Shown here one piece after another: positions 19,638 through 29,640 of a DNA stretch of 64,000 nucleotides (position 1 is its first letter; each line of letters opens with the position of its first letter). Made by a program: the position numbers and the translations under genes. The stretch is from the IMG/VR virus record IMGVR_UViG_3300020455_000008, positions 1 through 64,000 of that record; one strand, written 5' to 3'. The notes under the pieces are model-generated. The model was given only the letters and a program-made list of their open reading frames with translations, was not told the origin of the DNA and searched no databases. Origin of the DNA: a virus.

Positions 19638-20080
19638 GTTATTTTTCTAATAAACTGCACTCAATCTCCCCATTTGCACAGGACTATATGTCCAGTTCGT
19701 GGCAATCAAATACTCAACAGTGGGATGTGTCTACTCAGACCTGGTTGAACACAAATGTTGGAGTTGGACATGGTTTCACAGGGAAGGGTTACGTTTGGGG
19801 GTTAATGTCGGGTGTACTGCATAATTTCGCATGGGCCAACTATACTGTTGCGGATTCTGTATCGGGTGGTGGTGGTGCGGGTCGGAATACGACCTCAACG
19901 GTAGATCAAAATTTATGGGGGTTATGTAGTAATCTTGCAAACTCGATGGCCCATGTAGGCGATCACACGTTTATGAATTACGGCTCAGATACCAGCTGGT
20001 GTCGTGTTTACTCATACTATTCAACAGCTCATGCTGCTGAGTCTGCCTCTCGTATTAATGTCATTAGGATAGAGCCATGA
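19634..20080 (+). CDS. Small fibre-associated protein (MSY paralogue 2)
   Basis: ATGA-coupled; starts MSYF; ends RINVIRIEP. Confidence 0.6.
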   Translation: MSYFSNKLHSISPFAQDYMSSSWQSNTQQWDVSTQTWLNTNVGVGHGFTGKGYVWGLMSGVLHNFAWANYTVADSVSGGGGAGRNTTSTVDQNLWGLCSNLANSMAHVGDHTFMNYGSDTSWCRVYSYYSTAHAAESASRINVIRIEP

Positions 20081-20583
20081 GTTATGTACCAAGTCATAGA
20101 GTAAGTGCATCAGAAGCCCTTGCGCCACCAAACGCCCTTGTTTACATTCCATCTACGACAAATACCTCGTATGTAACAACTGGGAACGTGCCACTAAACA
20201 CTCCTACTGTTTGGTTTGGCTCGTGGATGCCCTCGATAACAAATAATATTATAACGTTACCTAGCGGTTATTATTATTTTGTTGAATCTGCACAGGCTGT
20301 GTATTATGGCACATCAAAACACGCTTATATAAATATAAACGTTTATGATGAAACAAATAGCCAAAACATAGGGAACTTAGGTAAATGTGTTTACTGGGAT
20401 TTGGGTAGGCAGTCTAACAATAACAGAGATAACGCTGCTTTCGCATTTATAGATTGTGTGAGTTCGGGTATTGATATATCAATAAAAGCTCACAGCAACA
20501 ATGGTATATACTCAATCAATTATACAGATACCGTAGGTTATGCGGGCCTAGGTAGAACAATTATTTGGAGACTAGATCCTTGA
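20077..20583 (+). CDS. Small fibre-associated protein (MSY paralogue 3)
   Basis: ATGA-coupled; starts MSYV; ITLPSGYYY; ends RTIIWRLDP. Confidence 0.65.
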   Translation: MSYVPSHRVSASEALAPPNALVYIPSTTNTSYVTTGNVPLNTPTVWFGSWMPSITNNIITLPSGYYYFVESAQAVYYGTSKHAYININVYDETNSQNIGNLGKCVYWDLGRQSNNNRDNAAFAFIDCVSSGIDISIKAHSNNGIYSINYTDTVGYAGLGRTIIWRLDP

Positions 20584-20630
20584 TAGATTACAGTGCTTTA
20601 GGATTGTTTTATATTTTTAATACGCATAAG

Positions 20631-20650
20631 AAAAGTTTTTGAAAACTTTT
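20631..20650. promoter_or_regulatory. Operator-like palindrome AGTTTT-NN-AAAACT
   Basis: AAAAGTTTTTGAAAACTTTT in an intergenic gap. Confidence 0.6.
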
Positions 20651-20664
20651 TATAGGGGGGTCTT

Positions 20665-21018
20665 GTGAGATATTGGAAGCCTTGGTTTTTTGAGAATAGT
20701 AAAATCCCCGTATGGTTAAGCAAGTTGACCCCCATTGAGATTAGTGCGATTACTTTATTCTGTTTTGTGTTCTCTAGGAGAGAGATCTCTGAAAGAACTA
20801 AACGGCATGAGACTATACATTTCCAACAGTTCCTAGAGACTGGTATTATTGGTTTTATCCTAATCTACTACACAGACTATCTTTTTAAGCTGATCAAATA
20901 TCGAGATGGCAAAAAGGCTTATCGTATGATCTGTTTTGAACAAGAAGCATATGATAATGACGACTATGAAGATTACTTAGATAGAAGAAAAAGGTTTGCT
21001 TGGTTAGGTCGTAAGTAG
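20665..21018 (+). CDS. HExxH-containing protein (zincin-like)
   Basis: RHETIHFQQ...Y..ICFEQEAY motif. Confidence 0.65.
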   Translation: MRYWKPWFFENSKIPVWLSKLTPIEISAITLFCFVFSRREISERTKRHETIHFQQFLETGIIGFILIYYTDYLFKLIKYRDGKKAYRMICFEQEAYDNDDYEDYLDRRKRFAWLGRK

Positions 21019-21114
21019 TTCTGAGATACTAGGGTCGCTCTTATATATAATATATAATATAAGATATACTTTATTATAAGGGAGAGCACTTCAGTTCTCA
21101 GAAAAGGAAAACCA

Positions 21115-22044
21115 ATGTCATCTAGTGTTAGGCATACTAGAGCTTCGGCTTGCTCATATAATCTAAAGTCTTCAAAATCTATTGGTTGGTTATCTGCCAT
21201 GCCCGAAAGTGCAATGGACTGTTATCCAGGCTTAGGGGAAGATCCTAGTAGCAGTGAGTTAGCAGAAGCCGTAGAACAGTTTCAGCTTGAGAATGACCTT
21301 ATTGTTGATGGGAAGCTTGGGCGTGGTACTTGGGGCTTAATATTAAAAACCTTTAACCATATCGCAAATGAGGACTCCTTTTGGACGATTAATGACCAAA
21401 GGGTAGGGGTGCAGACTGACGACAGAGTAAAAATGGTCAATTTTGATCAACCCAAGGGTCTTGACCTGCATAGGTTTGGCCACTTCTCTAGCAGGAAGAG
21501 CAGGAATCCACACTTAATCGTTGTTCACTGGGGCGGTCTTGATCCTCATCACTGTTATCGAGTATTCAGTTCCCCCGACAGAGAGGTGTCTAGTCACGCA
21601 GGTATTGGCTTAGACATTGATGGGTCACCTACCATCTATCAATACCTCGACCTAAACCACAAGGCTTGGCATGGAGGATGGGTGAACTCTTACTCAGTGG
21701 GTATCGATATTTGCCAGCAACCCTCCCTCAAGTGGAAGGATCATTATGAAAAGAAGGGTTATATAGTTCCCGTAAAACAAAATGATACAGGTCGTGGCGA
21801 TAAACGTGTTCTAAGTCTTAGCCTTGGAGTTGCGCTTGCTACTAGAGAAGCAGTAAAGACCTTGTGTTCTGTTTTAGATATACCGTATCAGTTCCCTATG
21901 CACTCTGATGGGTCATACAACCATAATGTTCTTAGCAAGGACTATCTACTAAATGGTTTTACTGGTGTGGTAGGCCATCATCACTTAACTGCCAAAAAAT
22001 GGGATTGCGCTTGCTGGTGGGAGGATATATTCGATGAGCGTTAG
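21115..22044 (+). CDS. Endolysin: peptidoglycan-binding domain plus N-acetylmuramoyl-L-alanine amidase
   Basis: AVEQFQ...LIVDGKLGRGTW (PG_binding_1); IVVHW, SSH, AWHGG.VN..SVGIDI, GHHH...KWD (Amidase_2). Confidence 0.88.
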   Translation: MSSSVRHTRASACSYNLKSSKSIGWLSAMPESAMDCYPGLGEDPSSSELAEAVEQFQLENDLIVDGKLGRGTWGLILKTFNHIANEDSFWTINDQRVGVQTDDRVKMVNFDQPKGLDLHRFGHFSSRKSRNPHLIVVHWGGLDPHHCYRVFSSPDREVSSHAGIGLDIDGSPTIYQYLDLNHKAWHGGWVNSYSVGIDICQQPSLKWKDHYEKKGYIVPVKQNDTGRGDKRVLSLSLGVALATREAVKTLCSVLDIPYQFPMHSDGSYNHNVLSKDYLLNGFTGVVGHHHLTAKKWDCACWWEDIFDER

Positions 22045-22297
22045 TGATGAGCAGTTAATAGCGAAAAGCGTTCAGTATTCAGCAAGCGGTTTTGTAAACA
22101 AGTTTGAAGAAGACTGTAATGCAAGTTTATTGAGTGTTACGACTTTGAATAAGATTAACTTTGAAAAGCAAAAGGATATTGTGGTCTTACACAAGATGGG
22201 CGGTGGGGCTTTACCCTATAAAGTAGGCTCTTGGGAACAGACTAGAGAAGTAAGAGGTTCACTTGTCTCAATTGGGGTGTATAAAAAACATAGATAA
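22034..22297 (+). CDS. Hypothetical protein
   Basis: 87-aa ORF with RBS GAGG overlapping the endolysin stop. Confidence 0.55.
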   Translation: MSVSDEQLIAKSVQYSASGFVNKFEEDCNASLLSVTTLNKINFEKQKDIVVLHKMGGGALPYKVGSWEQTREVRGSLVSIGVYKKHR

Positions 22298-22366
22298 ATT
22301 TTATTGACGTTTTGTAGGCAAGGGTATATGTCTTTGGTTAGTCAAGGTTTCGACAAAGGAGAAGAC

Positions 22367-22588
22367 ATGGTACGCCTAGACAGTAAAAAAAATAAACTTG
22401 TGCTCGATCTTAAGCATGATACAGGTAAGCAACTTGCCGCAATGGTTCTGCAAGCCATTTACTTGTATGGCGCTGAATCTGAAGAGGACAAAGCTATCCT
22501 TCGGCAAATGGAGAGGATGATAAAGGGTGAAGAACCTTCAGTGACAGTTGATCTAAAAGATTACTTGAAGGGTGGTAAGAATGATTGA
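22367..22588 (+). CDS. Hypothetical protein
   Basis: RBS AAGGAG before ATG 22367; TTGACG upstream at 22304. Confidence 0.6.
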   Translation: MVRLDSKKNKLVLDLKHDTGKQLAAMVLQAIYLYGAESEEDKAILRQMERMIKGEEPSVTVDLKDYLKGGKND

Positions 22589-23429
22589 GTTCTCTAGCCT
22601 AAGTGCTGAAGGGTTCCTGCCTGTCAGTCGAGTATTTCTTACTAATTATCGAAGTTTAAATATCAGTATGGAAGAAGCTATGCTGGTATTGCATTTATTG
22701 GATCATAGTTGGTTTGGTAACAGAGAGTTCCCTAGTGCAGAGTATTTTGCAAAGAAGACAGGTAAAAGTGGTCAAACAGTTAGGGCTTATCTTCGTTCAC
22801 TCAGTCACAAAGGCTACTTAATACCTATTCGCTCTGAAACAGGTGATAAGACCTTTGATTACAGTCCACTTCTAGGCGCACTAAAGGACTTAGCTGGTGT
22901 TCCCGTTGCTGAAGAAGAGAAGCCAAAACCTATGCATGACGAGTCTCCCAAAGATCCACTTAAAGAGCTGATAGATACGTCAATGGCTATGGCAAAAGAC
23001 AAGTCTAAGAAAAGAGCGCCTGTGCAGACGAAACCCGCACATTGGCGCAGATTGCAAGCGTTTAACGACAAGACTCCCGAACAATATAATGCTAAAGATA
23101 TGGAGTTTGTTATGGCTCAAGAATGGCGTAAGAAATGGCAGTCTCCGCCCCCACGATTCTTTGGTCGGGATATGAAGCATACCAAGGATCTGATCAGTAT
23201 TTATGGTGCAGATGTCGTTTCTGATGTAATCACTAAGTGTGTAGCTGACTGGGAGTCAATTGCGCCTAAGTTTAATATTAAGGGCTACCCTAGTATGCCC
23301 ATATTTTGGGGGTTTCGTAACTCCATATTCCCGTTAATGATAGATGGCGAACTTGACAACAAGCCCTCGTGGGGCAGTCAGTTTAGCGATACAGAAGACA
23401 CTCCCGATGGGGGTGAGATAGGATGGTAA
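22581..23429 (+). CDS. Replication initiator-like protein (DnaD N-terminal/wHTH)
   Basis: FLTNYRSLNISMEEAMLVLHL...FPS...AKKTGKS..TVRAYLRSL..KGYL; precedes a DnaC-like loader. Confidence 0.7.
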   Translation: MIEFSSLSAEGFLPVSRVFLTNYRSLNISMEEAMLVLHLLDHSWFGNREFPSAEYFAKKTGKSGQTVRAYLRSLSHKGYLIPIRSETGDKTFDYSPLLGALKDLAGVPVAEEEKPKPMHDESPKDPLKELIDTSMAMAKDKSKKRAPVQTKPAHWRRLQAFNDKTPEQYNAKDMEFVMAQEWRKKWQSPPPRFFGRDMKHTKDLISIYGADVVSDVITKCVADWESIAPKFNIKGYPSMPIFWGFRNSIFPLMIDGELDNKPSWGSQFSDTEDTPDGGEIGW

Positions 23430-23430
23430 A

Positions 23431-23718
23431 ATGTCTTTTACTGAAACACAAAAAATAGGAATTGTCGTTAATGATGATCCAACAAATCACCTACACCGTT
23501 TATATGCTATGCGGATAGAAGTCGGTGACAGATACAGTAAATATTTTATATTAGACCAAGTAAGAAGCGGCAAAAGAGCTACTCTCAGACGAGAGAGAGT
23601 ACTAACCGTTGACCTCCCAAGACAAGCAAGAGAAGCTGCAAGAAAGTGGCGTATTCTCAGACAAAATATCGAGGTGTTAAATGAGGACAGTGAATCCAAA
23701 ACCAAGAAATCTAAATGA
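23431..23718 (+). CDS. Hypothetical protein
   Basis: Tightly packed ORF in the replication operon. Confidence 0.55.
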   Translation: MSFTETQKIGIVVNDDPTNHLHRLYAMRIEVGDRYSKYFILDQVRSGKRATLRRERVLTVDLPRQAREAARKWRILRQNIEVLNEDSESKTKKSK

Positions 23719-24304
23719 GGAAACTCTACACCGAATGAACATAGGTAGACGGTACTGGTCTGCTGAAATGTCACAGGTAGAAGAATCTCCCGCTAAAACT
23801 ATATTCAGACGCTATGCACAAGACCTTACAACTAACTATGACCAAGGTTGGGGGATTTTCTTATATGGTTCTAACGGTATAGGGAAGACATATACAGCCT
23901 GTGCCTTTTTGAAAGAGATACAAAAGAGAGGTTACTCTACCTACTGTGTTCTAGCCGATGTTCTGAAGGTTGCGTACATCGATGGTCAACGATTCGACCA
24001 AGACAACTCTGTTGTCCAGCGTGTAGAGTCAGTCGATTTTCTTCTCCTAGAGGATCTTGGGAAGGAGTATTCAGGTAAGGGGAGTGGTTTTGCTGAGTTA
24101 TGTTTTGAGAATATGCTCAGAAAACGCTCTAGGGAGTGCTTACCTACAATTGTGACCACCAACCTATCTCCCAAAGCCTTTCAAGAGCGCTACAAGCAAT
24201 CTGCGGCTTCTTTGGCTATGGAATGTATGGTTGCTTGTCAAATGAAGGGCGCTGATCGTAGGAAGGTTGCGGGTAGCGTCAAGACTCAGGAGCTATCTGT
24301 ATGA
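23681..24304 (+). CDS. DnaC/IstB-like AAA+ helicase loader
   Basis: Walker A GSNGIGKT, Walker B LLLEDLG, PTIVTTNL, G.DRR. Confidence 0.9.
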   Translation: MRTVNPKPRNLNEETLHRMNIGRRYWSAEMSQVEESPAKTIFRRYAQDLTTNYDQGWGIFLYGSNGIGKTYTACAFLKEIQKRGYSTYCVLADVLKVAYIDGQRFDQDNSVVQRVESVDFLLLEDLGKEYSGKGSGFAELCFENMLRKRSRECLPTIVTTNLSPKAFQERYKQSAASLAMECMVACQMKGADRRKVAGSVKTQELSV

Positions 24305-24651
24305 TGAGGGGTAACATAGCCAACACTGTTGTGCCCACCTTGTGGATTCACTCTGATTGTGTATTGGAATACACAGGGAGGTGGCTATACATTGGTACGA
24401 AACAGTATTCTAAGAAGAATGAAAGTTGGTTATGGGGCGTGAGCTACCTTCTTAGACCAGTTATTGTATACATAGACCAAGAACCTAATAAGTTGTTATC
24501 TGATTATGATAGCTTGCAATTCACGAACTTTAAAGAGTGTCGTGACACGCTAAGGCGTAATCACCGAGCAGTCGAAATGGTAGTGGCAGATCCTAACTTG
24601 GTCTGCTCTGAGACTGTATTATTTACATCAAGTTTGAAAAGATATTGTTAA
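24301..24651 (+). CDS. Hypothetical protein
   Basis: ATGA-coupled ORF between loader and helicase. Confidence 0.55.
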   Translation: MMRGNIANTVVPTLWIHSDCVLEYTGRWLYIGTKQYSKKNESWLWGVSYLLRPVIVYIDQEPNKLLSDYDSLQFTNFKECRDTLRRNHRAVEMVVADPNLVCSETVLFTSSLKRYC

Positions 24652-24654
24652 GAC

Positions 24655-25881
24655 ATGGATATTGAAAAAAGAATCATCGACAAATGCGCTGAGTCACCCA
24701 AGCTGTATGCAGAAGCGATTGACATGGCAGTCATACCCGAAATGTTCAATGGGATGTATGCTGAGATATGGGAGTTCTCAGTCAACTACTTAAAAGTACA
24801 TGGTGTTGGGCCGACTGATGAAGCCATTAATAATCAGTTCAATGATTACATTTGGGATTTCCCTGCGCCTGAACCACTGACATACTACGTAGAGCAGTTA
24901 AAGAGAAAACACGCCTTTAATCTTACGCTAACTGGTATACAGAGTGCTTATGACAACCTAAATAAGCGAGAAGTAGAGAAGGCAGTCGATCACCTACGTG
25001 ACGCTCTTAGGAAGATCGAGGACGCTACCGCAAGTGAAGCAGATCTTGACTGGGGTGCTTCTGCTGAACAGCGATATAACGATTACCTAGAGATCCAAAG
25101 CAAGGGCGGTATTGATGGTTATCGAACCCCATTTAATACCTTGGATGAAGCTACCCAAGGTTGGCATGACGGTGAGTTTATTCTTGTTGTTGCAAGGCAG
25201 GGTGTGGGTAAGACCTGGTTGACCAACATTATGGCCCATAAGAACTATCGTGATGGTTTGAAGGTTCTATACTTCACAAAAGAAATGCCTAGTAATCAAG
25301 TTGCACGTCGCTTTGACGCTCTCGAATATAATCTCCCTTACCAAGATCTAAGAAGCGGTAAGTTAAACTCATTTAGGGAAGCTGAGTGGAGGGATAAGGT
25401 ACAAGAGGGTTTGCCCATAGGTCAGATGGTGATTGTAGGTGAGGAAACAGGCGGTGTCTCCCAAGTAGCCGCAAAGATCGAACGCCATAGGCCTGATATT
25501 ATTTTTATCGATGGTATGTATCTGATGGACGATGACCAAAGAGCTAGAGATAACTGGTTAAAGATCAGTAATATTTCAAGAGATATGAAGCGACTAGCTA
25601 AAAGAGTGATGATACCTATTATTGCTACGGTTCAGTTTAATCGTAGTGCAGACAATGCTAAGGGTGACGCTTCTAATATTGCTTATGGTGATATTGCTAA
25701 GGACGCAGATATTATATTGGGTTTATTCCAAGACGAAGACCAACGTCTTGATAAGCGTATGACACTACGTGTCCTAAAACAGAGAGAGGGTAGTAGACCA
25801 GAGATCGAGTTAGACTGGGATATGGATAATATGAAGTTTGCTGAGGTAGCCCAAGACCCATTCAAGGCGGTAGACTTCTAA
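24655..25881 (+). CDS. dnaB: DnaB-like replicative helicase
   Basis: ARQGVGKT, TKEM, IFIDGMYLM, QFNR, DADIILGL, KQREG. Confidence 0.92.
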   Translation: MDIEKRIIDKCAESPKLYAEAIDMAVIPEMFNGMYAEIWEFSVNYLKVHGVGPTDEAINNQFNDYIWDFPAPEPLTYYVEQLKRKHAFNLTLTGIQSAYDNLNKREVEKAVDHLRDALRKIEDATASEADLDWGASAEQRYNDYLEIQSKGGIDGYRTPFNTLDEATQGWHDGEFILVVARQGVGKTWLTNIMAHKNYRDGLKVLYFTKEMPSNQVARRFDALEYNLPYQDLRSGKLNSFREAEWRDKVQEGLPIGQMVIVGEETGGVSQVAAKIERHRPDIIFIDGMYLMDDDQRARDNWLKISNISRDMKRLAKRVMIPIIATVQFNRSADNAKGDASNIAYGDIAKDADIILGLFQDEDQRLDKRMTLRVLKQREGSRPEIELDWDMDNMKFAEVAQDPFKAVDF

Positions 25882-26846
25882 TGAGTAAACAAGAAACAGT
25901 ATTTGACATATTAACCAAGAGCAACTTTAGGCCAAAGTTGGGTGCTGAGAATATTAGTATCCCTTGCCCTCTAGCTCCGTATACTCCACTACATAAAAAC
26001 AATTATGACAGTAGACCTAGTATGGGTATCAGGGTAACCGATACCGCAGTTTTGGTGAACTGCTTTACTTGTGGGTTCAAGAGTGGACAGCTCTCCTATC
26101 TTTATAGCCGTTTAGCTCACCATGATAATAGCTGGCAACCTGCACTACAGGCTGTGCAAGATATGGAGTCTAAATATCTAGGAGATGGACTGAATAGTCT
26201 GAAGCATATGGGATATTATAAGCAGTCGGTACAAGAGGATAAACCTTTAGATGAATCTCTGTTTGAGCCTTACTCAAGAAAGTTTGCGCCTTATCTACAA
26301 AAGCGGGGAATCACGCTAGAAACGGGTAAGCGTTGGGGTGTTGGTGTTGACCGAGAACAAAAAAGGGCTGTAATACCCGTAAGGGATACACAAGGGCAAT
26401 TATGGGGTGCTGTAGGTAGGTCGTATAATGGCGCTAAACCGAAGTATTTAAACTACTGGGAGATGAAGAAGGGTGCTCATTTGTTGGGTGCTCAGTTGAT
26501 AACTCAGGCTAAGACTACTGTGATAGTCGAGGGTAGCCTAGACGCTATGTTAGCAGATCAAGCTCTGAGACAAGCGGGTTACGCAGACGATTATAACGTA
26601 GTAAGCATATTAGGTGCTTCAATGTCTGAAGCACAAGCCCATAAAATAGTAGCCTGTTCTAACGCCATAGTAGTTGCACTAGACGCAGACGAAGCTGGTC
26701 AACGTGGTGTTACTCGAATAAAAGACTTACTTGGTAGCAGATTACTCACTAGATATGCACACATAAGCTCTGTAAATAAGAAGGACTTTGGTGAGTGTTC
26801 GCCAAGTCAAATAGTAGAAGTTATTCTCGGAGCTTCTTTAATATAA
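25881..26846 (+). CDS. DNA primase (zinc-binding plus TOPRIM)
   Basis: CP...H...CFTC; VGR; PKY; VEGSLD; LDADEAG; KD. Confidence 0.9.
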   Translation: MSKQETVFDILTKSNFRPKLGAENISIPCPLAPYTPLHKNNYDSRPSMGIRVTDTAVLVNCFTCGFKSGQLSYLYSRLAHHDNSWQPALQAVQDMESKYLGDGLNSLKHMGYYKQSVQEDKPLDESLFEPYSRKFAPYLQKRGITLETGKRWGVGVDREQKRAVIPVRDTQGQLWGAVGRSYNGAKPKYLNYWEMKKGAHLLGAQLITQAKTTVIVEGSLDAMLADQALRQAGYADDYNVVSILGASMSEAQAHKIVACSNAIVVALDADEAGQRGVTRIKDLLGSRLLTRYAHISSVNKKDFGECSPSQIVEVILGASLI

Positions 26847-26847
26847 A

Positions 26848-26892
26848 TTGTTTTTGAAAACTATTGATTAATACCTATTTTGCGGGTACAAA
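26848..26892 (+). promoter_or_regulatory. Operator-like palindrome abutting a sigma70-like promoter
   Basis: TTGTTTTTGAAAACTATT overlaps TTGATT-N17-TACAAA upstream of SSB. Confidence 0.5.
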
Positions 26893-26929
26893 GAAACCTC
26901 CACCAACATAGATGACGAAAGGTTCAGAG

Positions 26930-27703
26930 ATGAGTTGGTATAATAATGACGCTGGGTTCGTACAGAACCAACCTAAGAAATACACCAAACGATTTTGGAT
27001 GCCGAATAACACAGATCGTTTGATTACATTCATTGATACGCCCATAGTGGAGTTCGATGGCGTAAAAATTCAAACACCCTTCAAGTACAACGAGTACCAA
27101 ATACAGCTAAACGGCAGTTGGAAGAACTGGTTTACACAACCTATTGACCCTAGCCAAGATGTTCTGAAAGAAATGGGATATAAGGCAAGTAAAGTTGCAG
27201 TTCTTACTGTTATCGATCATGCCGAATGGACAGACCGAAATGGTGCGGTACATAAGGATGAGCTTTCTCTTTACGTTGTAAAGAGATCACAACCTATTTG
27301 GGCGCAACTCGAAAAGATCATTGCAAGAGAGGGTGACCTCAGTGGTAAGACCTTCAGAGTCCATCGTATGGGAGACAAAAGCCCTGGCAGTGGTTCAATG
27401 CTTGAGAAGTATGAACAAAACTTTCCATTAGACCCTAACGTACATAAGCCCTTCAACTACCTAGAGCTTCTAAAGCCAAAGAGTAAAGAAGAACTCGAAG
27501 CTTTATTTAACCCCGATATGAATGACCCATTCAAGCAGAGTTCTTCATCTAACTCTTCGGGTGCAGATTGGAGTCAAAGTACTAATAATAGTTGGAGTCA
27601 ACAAGGTCAGACTCAAGCCCAAAATGCTGGTTGGGGCACTCCCGATCAAAGTCGAGTGTTTGGCGCAACCAGCAATGGATCAAGTGATCCTATTCCCTTC
27701 TAA
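26930..27703 (+). CDS. Single-stranded DNA-binding protein (gp32-like)
   Basis: Located between primase and polymerase; RFW start motif; low-complexity tail ending DPIPF. Confidence 0.75.
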   Translation: MSWYNNDAGFVQNQPKKYTKRFWMPNNTDRLITFIDTPIVEFDGVKIQTPFKYNEYQIQLNGSWKNWFTQPIDPSQDVLKEMGYKASKVAVLTVIDHAEWTDRNGAVHKDELSLYVVKRSQPIWAQLEKIIAREGDLSGKTFRVHRMGDKSPGSGSMLEKYEQNFPLDPNVHKPFNYLELLKPKSKEELEALFNPDMNDPFKQSSSSNSSGADWSQSTNNSWSQQGQTQAQNAGWGTPDQSRVFGATSNGSSDPIPF

Positions 27704-27813
27704 GCTGCCTAGCTCATAGGTTTCTCCAACACTACAGGGGGGCATGGGTGTGCTTAGAATTTAGATGTCCCATCTATCCGCCCTTCGGGGCATTTACCAT
27801 TAAAAGGAATCAA

Positions 27814-29640
27814 ATGCAGAGTTCTATACTGACCACAAGTTCTCAGATTGCAAATGTACTATCATTTATCGAGGGGCATACCGAGTTTGCCTTTGATACC
27901 GAAACCGATGGCCTTTCTTGGGATAGGCGGTGGATAGGTTTCAGTTTTGCAGTAAAAATAGGCGATGTATATACGGGCTGGTATATACCCCTTTACCATG
28001 AGAAGGGAGATGATCTATTTTCTCCTATTCCTAGTAATGCACCTCTTGATTGTGCAGACAAGCTTATACGTGAGATTTTTAAACCCGCAAATAAGGTGTG
28101 GATTCATAACGCTAAGTTTGATTTGAAAGTTTTACGCAACGAGGGCTATGATGTAGAAAATCTTTCATGTGAGATATTGGACACCATATGTGTGTCTTGG
28201 TTGCTTGAACCTGAGCGTATGGGAGGGCATGGCTTAAAGAGTCTAGTGCCCACCATATTACACAAAGATATGGGTTCATTTGAGCAGTTTAAGCTATACA
28301 AGAAAAACTCATACGCACCAATAGGTACGATGGGTAAATACGCAATAGAGGACGCTGTGCTTTTATTAGAACTAGCTCATGCTTTATACCCTTGTTTATC
28401 CGATCCATTAAAGAAGGTTTTCCATGAGCTAGAAATGCCTTTAGTTCTTATTATGGAAGAGGTGGAGCATTATGGGTTTAGGCTAGACGTAGATACCCTA
28501 AAAGAGCTAGGAGTTGCTTTGAAAGATAAAGTAGATCACATAGAAAAAGACTTTAAAAAACTTTTTGGAGATCATGCTCAGATTGCTTCTACTCAATGGC
28601 TATCTAATAATCTAGTTGGTAACATATGGGGTATCAGGGGGGAGCTTAGTAAAAATGGCAAATATTCAACGGACGCAAATGCGTTAGAAGCTTGGGCTTC
28701 GGGTGAAGTTGTGGGTACAAGTAAAGTTGGCAGTAAGGTTGCCAAAAAAGTATTAGAGTATAGAAAAGCTTCAAAGCTGTATTCTACCTACTGTAAAAAG
28801 CTTGTAGATACTGCCGACTCAAAAGGTAGGATTCATGGATCATTTAATCAGTGGGGTACGGGTACGGGTAGATTTAGCTCTAGTAAGCCGAACCTACAGA
28901 ATATCCCTAGTGGACGTAGCAAAGAAGGCGATCTAATCCGTAGAGCGTTTATCGCAGAAGATGGTTACAAGCTGATTGTAGCTGACTACTCACAAGTAGA
29001 GCTTAGGGTTACTGCCCATCTAAGCGGTGATCCTATAATGACTAAAATCTACCAAGAGAATGGCGATATACACCAAATGACAGCAGACGCTTGTAACTGC
29101 GCTAGATTTGACGCTAAGGCAATCAACTTTGGATTGATCTATAAAATGGGAGCTAAAACTCTTAGTGGTCAGATAGATAAAACACCAGCAGAAGCTCAAG
29201 ACTACATAGACAAGTACTTTGAGAACTACAGAGGTGTAGCCGAGTTCCAGGACAAGCTGATTGCAGAATGTCGTAAGCGAGGATACACTTGGACGATTAC
29301 TGGTCGTAGACGACCGCTTAGAAACATAGATAGTTCTAATTTTGGTCTAAAGAACGCAGATGAGCGTAAAGCGATTAATACACAAGTGCAGGGTAGTGCT
29401 GCTGATATTATCAAAATTGGTATGCGTAACTTCTATAGAACACTAAGAGAACAAGGTTATAGTTCTGAAGACTTCAGAATTATTGGTCAGGTTCACGATG
29501 AGGTGGTTGTAGAAGTTAAAGAAAACCTTGCTGAACTAGTGTGCAATACTTTGCAGCACGAAATGGAAAATGCCGTAAAGTTAAATGTACCTTTGATTGC
29601 TGAACCTAGTATTGGTGACTCTTGGGGAGAAGCAAAGTGA
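27814..29640 (+). CDS. polA: DNA polymerase family A with 3'-5' exonuclease
   Basis: FDTET, HNAKFD, YAIED; TGRFSSSKPNLQNIP, ADYSQVELR, AKAINFGLIY, QVHDE. Confidence 0.96.
   Translation: MQSSILTTSSQIANVLSFIEGHTEFAFDTETDGLSWDRRWIGFSFAVKIGDVYTGWYIPLYHEKGDDLFSPIPSNAPLDCADKLIREIFKPANKVWIHNAKFDLKVLRNEGYDVENLSCEILDTICVSWLLEPERMGGHGLKSLVPTILHKDMGSFEQFKLYKKNSYAPIGTMGKYAIEDAVLLLELAHALYPCLSDPLKKVFHELEMPLVLIMEEVEHYGFRLDVDTLKELGVALKDKVDHIEKDFKKLFGDHAQIASTQWLSNNLVGNIWGIRGELSKNGKYSTDANALEAWASGEVVGTSKVGSKVAKKVLEYRKASKLYSTYCKKLVDTADSKGRIHGSFNQWGTGTGRFSSSKPNLQNIPSGRSKEGDLIRRAFIAEDGYKLIVADYSQVELRVTAHLSGDPIMTKIYQENGDIHQMTADACNCARFDAKAINFGLIYKMGAKTLSGQIDKTPAEAQDYIDKYFENYRGVAEFQDKLIAECRKRGYTWTITGRRRPLRNIDSSNFGLKNADERKAINTQVQGSAADIIKIGMRNFYRTLREQGYSSEDFRIIGQVHDEVVVEVKENLAELVCNTLQHEMENAVKLNVPLIAEPSIGDSWGEAK

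Noticed and set aside
27780-27795. Terminator GCCC-TTCG-GGGC between SSB and polA
   Set aside because: Only a 4-5-bp stem and weak U-tract; may be a stabilising hairpin but unsupported as a terminator
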